Shown in pieces: positions 29,061 to 37,549 of a stretch of 64,000 nucleotides of DNA. The translations under genes and the position numbers were made by a program. The stretch's first letter is position 1. The number at the start of each line of letters is the position of its first letter. The stretch is from positions 64,001 through 128,000 of the forward strand of contig CBDESU010000002.1 in assembly GCA_965242695.1 (NCBI GenBank). Direction: 5' to 3'. Origin of the DNA: Cenarchaeum sp. (GTDB lineage Archaea > Thermoproteota > Nitrososphaeria > Nitrososphaerales > Nitrosopumilaceae). The notes beneath the pieces are model-generated. The model had not been told where the DNA came from, did no database searches, and worked only from the letters and a program-made list of their open reading frames with translations.

Positions 29061-29477
29061 ATGGACAGGCGCTACATGAACAACAGCGAGATGTGCATAT
29101 GCTGCTTCAGGCCCCCGACGGCCGGCGGCGACCTGGCCATACACCACATCAAGTACTTTCCCGAGCTGTGCTGCTACGTCCACGACGGGTGCCACGAGGA
29201 GATACACGGCACGCCGAGCAAGTACCCGTACCTCATACAGTACGAAGAGGGAGACAACGTAAAGTTCTACGAGATGAGAATAATGAGCGCAGACTCGGGG
29301 GGCGGGCGCGGCAGGGGGCGCGGCAGGTACAGGAAGGGGAGAAGGGGCGGCGGCCGGCGGCGGGACAGGCGGCCCGACGAGGACGAGCCGGGCCGGCGGC
29401 GGAGGCGCGGCGGCCGGGACAGGGACGGCGGCCGGGACAGGGACGGCGGCCGGGAGCAGCGCAGGCGCCGCAGCTAG
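29061..29477 (+). CDS. Small HNH-like Cys/His protein with Arg/Gly-rich tail
   Basis: CICC...HHIKY...VHDGCHEEIH, with a TTTAA box upstream. Confidence 0.65.
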   Translation: MDRRYMNNSEMCICCFRPPTAGGDLAIHHIKYFPELCCYVHDGCHEEIHGTPSKYPYLIQYEEGDNVKFYEMRIMSADSGGGRGRGRGRYRKGRRGGGRRRDRRPDEDEPGRRRRRGGRDRDGGRDRDGGREQRRRRS

Positions 29478-30892
29478 CCCCCGGCGGCTGAGGATGCGGC
29501 CTCGGCGGCAATCTGGCGGGCCCGCTCGGCCGAGACGCGGCCCTCGGAGACCATCGTCCGGGCAATCGCATCCGCGTCGATCCCCCCGCCGCCGCAGGCT
29601 GCGGCCGCCGCCGCGGCCAGGTTTCTTGCGTGCAGGCCCATGTGGCCCCTCTGTATGCCGTCGGTGCACAGGGCGTGCATTGCGCCATAGTTCTGCGCAA
29701 GGCCGGCCGAGGCGATGCAGCATGCAAGGTCGGCCGCGGACGAGGCGCCGAGCAGCTTGATGCAGAGGCTGGCCGTCGGGTGCACGGCGGCCACGCCGCC
29801 GACCGTGCCGACCTGCATGGGCATCTCGAGCGAGCCGACGAGGTTGCCGTCCCCGTCCCTCGACCATGCGGACAGCGATCGGTACGCGCCGCTGCGCGCC
29901 GCGTGCGCGTGCGCCGCTGCCTCGATGGCCCTGACGTCCTGCCCGGTCGCGCACGCCACGGCGGCGCACCCGTTCATTATCCCCTTGTTGTGGGTGACGG
30001 CCCTGTACACGTCGTCGCGCGCCAGCCTGTACGCAAGCAGCATCGAGTCGACGACCCGCGGGCCGCCTACGGCATCGGCTGAAAACGCGGCCTCTGCGCG
30101 CACCGTGCGGACCGTCGAATAGTTCGACAGTATGCGCAGGAGGACCCTGCCGCCGACGGCCCGCTCGACCAGCGGTGCGACGGCCTCGCACATCGAGTTT
30201 GTCACGTTCGCGCCCATCGCATCGCCTACGTCGACGTGCAGCTCCACTAGGAGCATGGTAGGATCGTCGCCGTTGCCGTCCGCCTCCGCCGCCGCACCTG
30301 GCCCGCCGACCATGCGGCACGTGACGGCCCTTGCCCCCCGGCCCGACCGCGACAGGGTCGAGCTGCATGCGTTGGCCGCGGCCAGCATCTCGGCCGCCGA
30401 CCCTTCGATCCGGCGGCGGGCCTCGTCTAGGGTCGGCGGGCCGGCGGCATCTTCGTCGTCGTACACGACCTGCACCTGCCCTATGCACACCTGCGGGCCG
30501 GCCTCGGCCCTGAACCCGCCGAGGGCGCGGGCCGCCTTTGCCCCCTTCGATGCGGCCGCTATCACCGACGGCTCCTCGATCGCCATCGGGACGAGCGCAT
30601 CCCGCCCGTTGATCACAAAGTTCGTCGCCAGTCCGAGGGGCACTGCCATCGTGCCGACTGCATTCTCGACCATGCGGTCGGCCCGGCCAAAGTCCAGACC
30701 TCCGGCCGGGTCGGCAAGCGCGGCCGCCTCGGCCTCGGACAGTCCGGCAAGGGAGGCGGCCGCCCGCACCCGCTCCTCGCGGCCGAGCCGGAAGAACCCC
30801 GGCATGGCAGAGGTCTTCGGCTGCGCCGCCGCCCCGTCTCCATGCCCGGCTCCGCTGCCGCCGCTGCCGCCGCCCGGCCCCTCTGCGCTCAT
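29474..30892 (-). CDS. mvaA: Class II HMG-CoA reductase
   Basis: ENAVG, EEPSVIAAAS, DAMGAN, RAVTHNKGIMNG and GIQRGHMGLHARN. Confidence 0.95.
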   Translation of the reverse strand: MSAEGPGGGSGGSGAGHGDGAAAQPKTSAMPGFFRLGREERVRAAASLAGLSEAEAAALADPAGGLDFGRADRMVENAVGTMAVPLGLATNFVINGRDALVPMAIEEPSVIAAASKGAKAARALGGFRAEAGPQVCIGQVQVVYDDEDAAGPPTLDEARRRIEGSAAEMLAAANACSSTLSRSGRGARAVTCRMVGGPGAAAEADGNGDDPTMLLVELHVDVGDAMGANVTNSMCEAVAPLVERAVGGRVLLRILSNYSTVRTVRAEAAFSADAVGGPRVVDSMLLAYRLARDDVYRAVTHNKGIMNGCAAVACATGQDVRAIEAAAHAHAARSGAYRSLSAWSRDGDGNLVGSLEMPMQVGTVGGVAAVHPTASLCIKLLGASSAADLACCIASAGLAQNYGAMHALCTDGIQRGHMGLHARNLAAAAAAACGGGGIDADAIARTMVSEGRVSAERARQIAAEAASSAAGG

Positions 30893-32040
30893 CTCTCGAT
30901 CCTCACCAGCCTGTCGTCGTCGGCGTCCGGAAACCCCTTGCCGTCCGTGTTCGACGTTATCAGGTAGACGAGCCCGTCGGGGCCGACGGCCACGTCCCGT
31001 ATGCGGCCCAGGCCGCCCAGTATGCTCTGCTGCCCGGCAGGCGAGCCGTCGCCGCCCTGGCCCAGGTCGACCGAGTACAAGCCGGCGGCCCTAGTCGAGG
31101 CCATCAGCAGCGAGCCGTCCGGGAGCAGGGGGCCCCTCGCGCCCTCCCCGCCGCCGCCTACTCCCCCGTAGTCGTACACGGCCAGCCCGCCGGGCTCTAT
31201 CGCGGGGTCAAAGCACGCGGCCGCCCCGTCGTACCCCGGCGGATGGTCGTCCGAGCACTCGTACTCGGGCCACCCGTAGTTGCCGCCGGGCCGCACCTCC
31301 ACTATCTCGTCGTTCTTTGACGGCCCCAGGTCGCTTGCGTACATGCGCCCTGCGGCATCCCATGCAAACCCCTGCGGGTCGCGCAGTCCCGAGGCGTACA
31401 CGCGCGAGCCGCCCTCGGGATTGTCGCCGGGCACGGCCCCGTCGTCGCCCATGCGGAGCACCTTGCCGGCAAGCGAGTCCGGGTCCTGCGCCAGGTGCAG
31501 CGAGTCCGAGACCGAGCCGGTTCCGACGTAGAGCATGCCGTCGGGGCCGAACGCGATCGCCCCGCCGTTGCTGAAGCGCGATCCTGGTATGCCGTCGAGC
31601 AGTACGTCGGCCCCGGCCAGCCTGCCGTTCGGGACGTGCAGGCGCAGCACCTTGTTGAGCATCTCGCCGCCCTCTTCGTACGTGTGGTACGCGTACAGGT
31701 AGGGGCGGGCCCCAAAGTCTGGGTGCGCGGCGATCCCGAGCAGGCCGGCAGAAAAGCCGTCGGCCGTGCGCAGGACCGCGACCGGGTCGTCCAGGACGGC
31801 CCCGTCCCGAACGGCCCTGACAACGCCGCCCTTTTCGGCGACAAGCACGTCGCCGCCGGCGAACGCGATCGACCGCGGGTTGTCAAGGCCGGTCGCAAGG
31901 ACGGCCGCCGACGGGCCGGCCGACGCCGTCGTCGACGGGTCGGGCAGCGGGAGCGGGATGGGGTTGGAGGGGGAGGTGAGGACGTACACGGAGAATGCAA
32001 GGGCCGCCGCGATACCCGCTATGCGCAGGCGGTTGTCCAT
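30889..32040 (-). CDS. PQQ-dependent glucose/sorbosone dehydrogenase family protein
   Basis: GLLGIAAHPDF, IAFGPDGMLY, GLRDPQG, GGNYGWP and GRIRDV, plus an N-terminal anchor. Confidence 0.9.
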   Translation of the reverse strand: MDNRLRIAGIAAALAFSVYVLTSPSNPIPLPLPDPSTTASAGPSAAVLATGLDNPRSIAFAGGDVLVAEKGGVVRAVRDGAVLDDPVAVLRTADGFSAGLLGIAAHPDFGARPYLYAYHTYEEGGEMLNKVLRLHVPNGRLAGADVLLDGIPGSRFSNGGAIAFGPDGMLYVGTGSVSDSLHLAQDPDSLAGKVLRMGDDGAVPGDNPEGGSRVYASGLRDPQGFAWDAAGRMYASDLGPSKNDEIVEVRPGGNYGWPEYECSDDHPPGYDGAAACFDPAIEPGGLAVYDYGGVGGGGEGARGPLLPDGSLLMASTRAAGLYSVDLGQGGDGSPAGQQSILGGLGRIRDVAVGPDGLVYLITSNTDGKGFPDADDDRLVRIER

Positions 32041-32588
32041 GCCGCGCGCTAGTGCCGGGCGGTATTATCTGCTTGCCGGGCGGCGGGGAGAGCCCCAATT
32101 GGCGCGCCGGCTGCGGCGGCCCGGCCGAACGCTCCCGTCCGCATGCCATGCGGCGCCGGCAGCCGCGCCGCTCGGCGCCGCCTGCAGCGCCAGCACCCGG
32201 GCGCAGGCCGGCGCATCCCTGGCGGCCGCTGCCCGGCCTGGCCGCGCCGCGCCGCACGGGCCCCGGCAGGGACGGACGGACCCTCGCGGCATCCCGACCG
32301 GACGGCGGCGATGCAGCTCGCGCCGATGCAAGCCCTACTCCCGTCCACGGCCACGCGATGCAGGACGGCACCCTGCCCCGCCGCGCCCTTCGCTGGCTGT
32401 CGCTTTTTGTCAATCAAGGCTAGGAAAACGACATGTTGTTTTTAGCCCAATTTCTCCATACGCTCTGCGCCAATCAGGCCATTCGTGCCATATTGACGGC
32501 CAGGTGCCCCCGCAATCATATCGCTTTTTGGAATTAAAGCGGCAAACAGCACCATAGTGTTTTATAGCATGTACGCGCACGGCGGCCC

Positions 32589-33185
32589 GTGAAGACAGAG
32601 TGCAGGACGCGCCTCAAGGACAGGATCGCCAGGGTGCTACTCAACTCGCCGAGGGGCGACATCACAAAGTACCGCGTGGCCAAGGAGGCCGGTGCCGGAT
32701 ACCCGTGGACGCACAAGCTGCTGCGAAGGCTAGAGGACGCCGGACTTGTCGAGGGCACAAGGGTCGTCGACATGAAGGGGCTCGTCTCGTGGTGGCGGCG
32801 GTGGAGGCTGCCCTTTGAGCACCGCGACTACATGGTGAAAAAGCCGCTGAGCCTCCTGGCCGCCTCTGGCATGCAGCACGCGGCGACCACGTACCTGGCC
32901 GAGAGGATGGTCCAGGAATACCTGTTCACGTCGCGCGTGGACGTGTACGTGCGGCAAGAGGACACTGCAAGGTGGCACGAGCTCATAGTCGAGGACGGCC
33001 TGGTGGGCGGGGGCAACTTTCGGCTGCTCTTTGGCGACGACCACGTCTTTTACAGGTCGCTCAGCGTAGAGGGCGTAAGCGTCGTGTCCCTCCCCCAGAT
33101 TGTCGCAGACCTGTACGACGTGGGAGGGGCATGCGTCGAGGCGGCGGACATGCTGGTCGAGAAGGTGAGGGACAGTGCTGTATGA
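32589..33185 (+). CDS. AbiEi-like antitoxin (winged HTH plus AbiEi_2-like domain)
   Basis: N-terminal HTH (TKYRVAKEAG), VDVYV and VVSLPQIVADLY...EAAD. It overlaps the downstream nucleotidyltransferase, and TTTATA lies at about 32561. Confidence 0.7.
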   Translation: MKTECRTRLKDRIARVLLNSPRGDITKYRVAKEAGAGYPWTHKLLRRLEDAGLVEGTRVVDMKGLVSWWRRWRLPFEHRDYMVKKPLSLLAASGMQHAATTYLAERMVQEYLFTSRVDVYVRQEDTARWHELIVEDGLVGGGNFRLLFGDDHVFYRSLSVEGVSVVSLPQIVADLYDVGGACVEAADMLVEKVRDSAV

Positions 33186-34815
33186 AGAGTATGAGACAAA
33201 AATCTCGCAAAGTAACCTGTCAAGGGTTGTCGCAGAGCTCCCTGCACCCGTATGCTTGCTTGGTGGCTGGGCCGTCTACTATACGGTCAACTCGAGGTAC
33301 CACGCGGACACTGGAACGTCGTACCACGGATCAAAGGACATAGACCTAGGATTCCACATCGAGCCCGACGCAACGGTCGAGTCGCTGCGCAAATCGGCGC
33401 TGGCCAAAGCGATCGATGCACTCAAGGGCATGGAGTTTCGCAGCGTGGGAATACGGCTGTTTAAAGAATACCACCGGGAGACCCATGTCGTTCTTGCGGA
33501 GGCAAAGGCGAAAAAAACTCCCACTTACAACATATTCCATTTATACGTTGATCTTCTGGTCGATAATGCTCCGGGTTGCATCAAAAAGGCGATCGGTTTG
33601 ACACCCATCGACGAAAAGCTGCTTACCAATGTGTTCGATGGGAGAATGTTCAGGGCGATCGACGAGCTGCACGCCCGCGTAATTCTGCCGGACCCTGCGC
33701 TCCTCCTGGCCATGAAGGCCACATCGTTGCCATCTAGGACCAAGGACCACAAGAAACACAAGGATATCATGGATATATATGCCCTGATTTGGTACTCGGG
33801 CGTCCCGATAAAGACCCTCCGCCAGAGCGTGGCAGGGCTCATCTCCGGCGACGGCATGGCTAGGATGCTCTCGTCGATCAGCGGTCCTGACTACAAGCAG
33901 GCCGCGGATGCCCTAGGAGTAGACAGGGAGGGGCTTGAAAACGTTATAAAGAACTTTGTGCGCGGCGGTGCTACCGTGAAGCAAAATAAGGAAAGGTGGA
34001 CAATCCCGCGTAACATGTCTTACGATAGACTTATAATGACGGTCAAGGCACTCCATAGGGCCAGGGCAGATCAAAAGGCTGTAGGACTTGAAAAAATATC
34101 TAAGACGATCGGAGTGAGTGCGGATAGCGCGAGGCGAGGTTTGGCATTCCTAAGAAGCACCGGCATTGTAGAGTTGACAGGACAAAAACAGTACTCACTA
34201 ACTGCCGTCGGCGTATCATATGCCGAAGCACATTCAAACGATGATGATGGTCAAATCTCTGAATGTACTCGGGACATCATCAAGCGATCACATCTTAAGA
34301 TGCTAGAAGATGCCATCGAAATCAACAAAAACATGACCCGAGAAGACCTTTACAAAAGAATCAAGACGTTCGGAAGGCTTCCTAATGGGAAGGATATAGG
34401 CAATATGCATGGCCCCGACGCCACAGGGGCAACGACCATCCTGCGCCTCTTTGAGGATGCAGGCCTGCTCAGGGAGGATACGCGCGCACCCGCCGCCAAG
34501 GGCGCCGAGGGCGGTCACCACGCGGCGGTCGGCACGTCCAAGCCGCGCGGCGGCAAGCGCCCTGCCAGAGCGGGTCGGGGCGTGCCCGGCGGTGGTGGTG
34601 GTGGGCAAGCGCATGTTGACAGGTCGGCTACAGCCGGCGGTGGCGAGATCGACGACCTGGCCGTTCTCACTGTAAGGGGCGTAGGCCTAGTGCAGGTCAA
34701 CGATCTGGAAACGCTGAGGATGGCTGAGGCGGGCCTAGACATGGTGCGGAAGCGGCTGCAGGGTAAGCCCCGAGACGAGGCAGGGCGCTCGGATGCGGCG
34801 CGTTCGCAGTCCTGA
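33175..34815 (+). CDS. AbiEii/MenT-like nucleotidyltransferase with long winged-helix-like C-terminal extension
   Basis: LLGGWAVY, GSKDIDL, LLAMKA and KDIMDIY. The second half is HTH-like (LEKISKTIGVSADSARRGLAFLRSTGIV...YSLT). Confidence 0.75.
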   Translation: MLYEEYETKISQSNLSRVVAELPAPVCLLGGWAVYYTVNSRYHADTGTSYHGSKDIDLGFHIEPDATVESLRKSALAKAIDALKGMEFRSVGIRLFKEYHRETHVVLAEAKAKKTPTYNIFHLYVDLLVDNAPGCIKKAIGLTPIDEKLLTNVFDGRMFRAIDELHARVILPDPALLLAMKATSLPSRTKDHKKHKDIMDIYALIWYSGVPIKTLRQSVAGLISGDGMARMLSSISGPDYKQAADALGVDREGLENVIKNFVRGGATVKQNKERWTIPRNMSYDRLIMTVKALHRARADQKAVGLEKISKTIGVSADSARRGLAFLRSTGIVELTGQKQYSLTAVGVSYAEAHSNDDDGQISECTRDIIKRSHLKMLEDAIEINKNMTREDLYKRIKTFGRLPNGKDIGNMHGPDATGATTILRLFEDAGLLREDTRAPAAKGAEGGHHAAVGTSKPRGGKRPARAGRGVPGGGGGGQAHVDRSATAGGGEIDDLAVLTVRGVGLVQVNDLETLRMAEAGLDMVRKRLQGKPRDEAGRSDAARSQS

Positions 34816-34962
34816 AGGGGCGGTGGCACTGGCCGCCGCACTGGGCAGCGCGCGGTGGGCAAGGCAAGGCTGAGGCCGGGGGAGACGCGGGCTGGCCTGC
34901 CCGGAGGGGGCAGGCGGGGCGCAAACGAGCGCATCGAGGGCGCCGCGAGCCGCCCGGTAAGG

Positions 34963-34971
34963 CGTATATAC
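34963..34971 (+). promoter_or_regulatory. TATA box of the tRNA gene
   Basis: GTATATA about 25 nt upstream of the tRNA 5' end at 34993. Confidence 0.6.
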
Positions 34972-34992
34972 GGCCGGATGGGTTGCCCGCCT

Positions 34993-35081
34993 AGCGGGGT
35001 GGGGAAGTCAGTCTCCAAGGGCTAGGTCATCCCGGCGGGCTCATAACCCGCAAATCAGTAGTTCAAATCTACTCCCCGCTA
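34993..35081 (+). tRNA. Initiator tRNA-Met (CAT) with 14-nt D-loop intron (35012-35025)
   Basis: Acceptor stem AGCGGGG/CCCCGCT (A1:U72), D stem GGGA/TCCC, anticodon stem GCGGG/CCCGC with loop CTCATAA, T arm AGTAG-TTCAAAT-CTACT, and a BHB motif around the insert. Confidence 0.92.
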
Positions 35082-36463
35082 CTACCTTCAAGACGCAGCC
35101 AGGCGGAGCGGCCGTCGAACCGGGCCGCCCCCCTGGCGCCGCGCCTCTGCAGCGGCCTTGCCAGGTGCCTCTGCGACGACGGAGGGGGAAGGTACACGCC
35201 GGCGCGCAGCGCGCGCGGCACCTCGACCCTTGCCTTGCCGGCGCCGGCCGGGGCCGGCGCGCCGCACCTCGGGCAAGAGTACCCCTGGTCCCGCCCGCGC
35301 GACTTCATCGACCTGCCGCACGGGAGGCATCGCGGGTTGGCATCGCGCCAGGCGCGTGCGACCGAGGCGACCTCGATCACCTCGGCGTTGAGCACGCGCG
35401 GCAGGCTGCGCGAGGCCGGCCGCACGCCGCCGCCGACGCGCACCATGTCGCCGGCGGCAAGCAGGGAGGCCGTGCCGGCCAGTCCCGACCTCTTGTACGC
35501 GGCGCACCTCACCGCAACCGCGGCCGTCGTATGCACGTCAAAGTACGCGTGGCCGCCGGGGCCGCGCGATGCGGGCCCCGCCACGGTCCCCTCGACGGTT
35601 CCCGACTCGTACGGCCGGAGCGGCGCGCCGCCCATGTCTGCCAAGAGGTGCTCGCCCGTCCCCTGGTTGGTCCTGTACACGGCATGGCCGGCGTCCGCCT
35701 CGCCGCCCGTGCCGACCATGCGGCGCGCCCCGAGCAGAACGGGCAGGTCTTCGCCGCGTATCCCGTACAGGACTGGGTCGGGCCCGCGCGGGGCTATGAG
35801 CGGACGGCGGGCGCGCTCGTCGTAGCTGTTGAACGTGCGGGGGCGCGTCGCGTCCTGCATGCGCCGGACGCTGCCCGCATCGATGCGCCGCGGCCTGCCA
35901 AACATTGGCGGGCGGCGGTAGGAGAGGAGCTCTAGCGTGCTGTCGCCGCCAAACTCGTACCCCGCGGCCGCCACGGCCCCGACGATGCCCTGCCCGTTGC
36001 CGAGCGACTCTACGTCGACTCCGTGCCGCCCCGGAAACCGGCGCGCATCGCCGCGTCCGATCAGGGTGCGGAGCGCCTCGCGCGCAAACCGCGCCACGGG
36101 GCGCGGGACGGCCCCGGCGCCGGAGATGAACGCCGCGGCCGGGTTGGCCCCGCCCCGCACGTCCGAGTGCCGCTCGAGCATCCGCACGGTAGCCTCCCTG
36201 GCCGCCGCCGGATCGCCGGTGTATACGGACATGCCGACGGCGCCGTTGCCCCGCGTCTTCCACGGCACGTTTGGGTTGAGCCGCACGAGGCGCGGGTAGT
36301 CGGCGAACCGTGCCCCCGTCCGGCGCAGCTCGACGGCCAGCCTAAAGCCGATGTACGTCGTGCACATGCCGCTCACCGAGTCGGTGTCGTCCATGCCTAT
36401 CCGCAGCAGCGCCTCGCCACGGCGGGGGCCGGGCGGGCCGGCGTCGCCACCCTGTTCCGTCAT
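35069..36463 (-). CDS. tiaS: tRNA(Ile2) agmatinylcytidine synthase
   Basis: IGMDDTDS..GMCTTY, PRLVRLNPNVPWKTRGNGA, DPVLYGIRG, TNQGT and a C-terminal Zn ribbon. Confidence 0.95.
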   Translation of the reverse strand: MTEQGGDAGPPGPRRGEALLRIGMDDTDSVSGMCTTYIGFRLAVELRRTGARFADYPRLVRLNPNVPWKTRGNGAVGMSVYTGDPAAAREATVRMLERHSDVRGGANPAAAFISGAGAVPRPVARFAREALRTLIGRGDARRFPGRHGVDVESLGNGQGIVGAVAAAGYEFGGDSTLELLSYRRPPMFGRPRRIDAGSVRRMQDATRPRTFNSYDERARRPLIAPRGPDPVLYGIRGEDLPVLLGARRMVGTGGEADAGHAVYRTNQGTGEHLLADMGGAPLRPYESGTVEGTVAGPASRGPGGHAYFDVHTTAAVAVRCAAYKRSGLAGTASLLAAGDMVRVGGGVRPASRSLPRVLNAEVIEVASVARAWRDANPRCLPCGRSMKSRGRDQGYSCPRCGAPAPAGAGKARVEVPRALRAGVYLPPPSSQRHLARPLQRRGARGAARFDGRSAWLRLEGSSGE

Positions 36464-36762
36464 CCCCGCACCGCGCATGGGACGACAAGCAGGGAGGGTT
36501 TTTTGCCTGTTGCGCGCAGTACGTGCGCTGGTTGCAAAGGTGGGCATGTTTGCTCGCATTCTACAAGCACTCCCATAGTCGTCCATATGACCCCTCTGGG
36601 TGCCATCAATGGAGTCCGCCGCGATCAGCAACACCCCTGCACGCTAGTAGTTGAACGGGGCGGGAGTCGTGGCAGGTGGGCGGTGGTCGGGAGCTGCCAT
36701 GCATTCCTGTGCAATAACCCGCTCTAGTGTGTTGGCGCGCAGAGTAGGACATGGCACGCCCT

Positions 36763-37270
36763 CTAGGCTCCCGTATCGGCGATCTGGAGGGCTTGGAGTG
36801 CGCTGGACAGGAGATCGTTCATGCCCCTGCCTTCTTTTCCGACATCTATGCGGATGAATTCCCTCCCCGTTAGGGATCCGCCCGGCATGACGCCGTCATC
36901 CGTTATAACGGGCACGATTTTGAACCCCTTATTGGGCTTGAGGTGCCTTAGCATCTGGGCGCAACCGATTTCTTCACGTACGTCGTACGAATCCCTTCCG
37001 CCCGGGGTCAGGAGAATTATGATCGCGTGTGAGTCTTCCATGTTTTTGATGATTTTCTCCCACAGATTTTCCCCAGGTTTTGCGTGACGTTCGGCCACGT
37101 ACGGCAAAAATCCGAACAGCCTGAGCGCGGTGCTGACATCAGCAACAAGATCCATGTCGTCGTTGCTGTGGCTGATAAAGATTTTCTTGCCGTTTGGCAG
37201 GGCGGGCTCTACATTTAAGTTACCCTGATCAAACCATTCTTGCTCTTCGGACCACTCAGGTGGGTTTTTT
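36763..37270 (-). CDS. TIR domain (TIR_2-like), probably the C-terminal part of a frameshifted Ig-like-TIR gene
   Basis: KIFISHSNDD, PGENLWEKI, IILLTP and DVREEIG with the putative catalytic Glu. It joins the upstream ORF if one A is removed from the A8 run at 37265-37272. An alternative TTG start exists at 37299. Confidence 0.85.
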
Positions 37271-37549
37271 TTGTATTGTATATAGCACGCCTGCCTCAAA
37301 CAGAGAGCCGCGGCCAGCAGTCCAGAGTCCCACTATGACACTCGTCTCCCCTATGCACTTGGATTCCCCTGGTTCGATTCGTATACTCCGCAACAGTGTT
37401 TCATTCCAATTCTCGGTAAGAAAACGGAGTTTAACGCTGTGGAGTACCGCAGAATCCTTGCCGTCGTTTGTGACAAACACCCTCATCCGTGCAGTGTCGC
37501 CGTAATGATATTTCCTGTCGGCTCTGTCGGGATCGACCCGTACGTTCAT
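37256..37549 (-). CDS. Ig-like (CARDB-type) beta-sandwich, N-terminal half of the TIR gene
   Basis: YHYGDTARMRVFVTNDG...IEPGESK pattern. The ATG overlaps the E1 stop (ATGA). Confidence 0.6.
   Translation of the reverse strand: MNVRVDPDRADRKYHYGDTARMRVFVTNDGKDSAVLHSVKLRFLTENWNETLLRSIRIEPGESKCIGETSVIVGLWTAGRGSLFEAGVLYTIQKKPT

Noticed and set aside
34993-35081. tRNA-Ile2 (CAT) because it is adjacent to tiaS
   Set aside because: The A1:U72 pair and three consecutive G:C pairs in the anticodon stem identify it as initiator Met.
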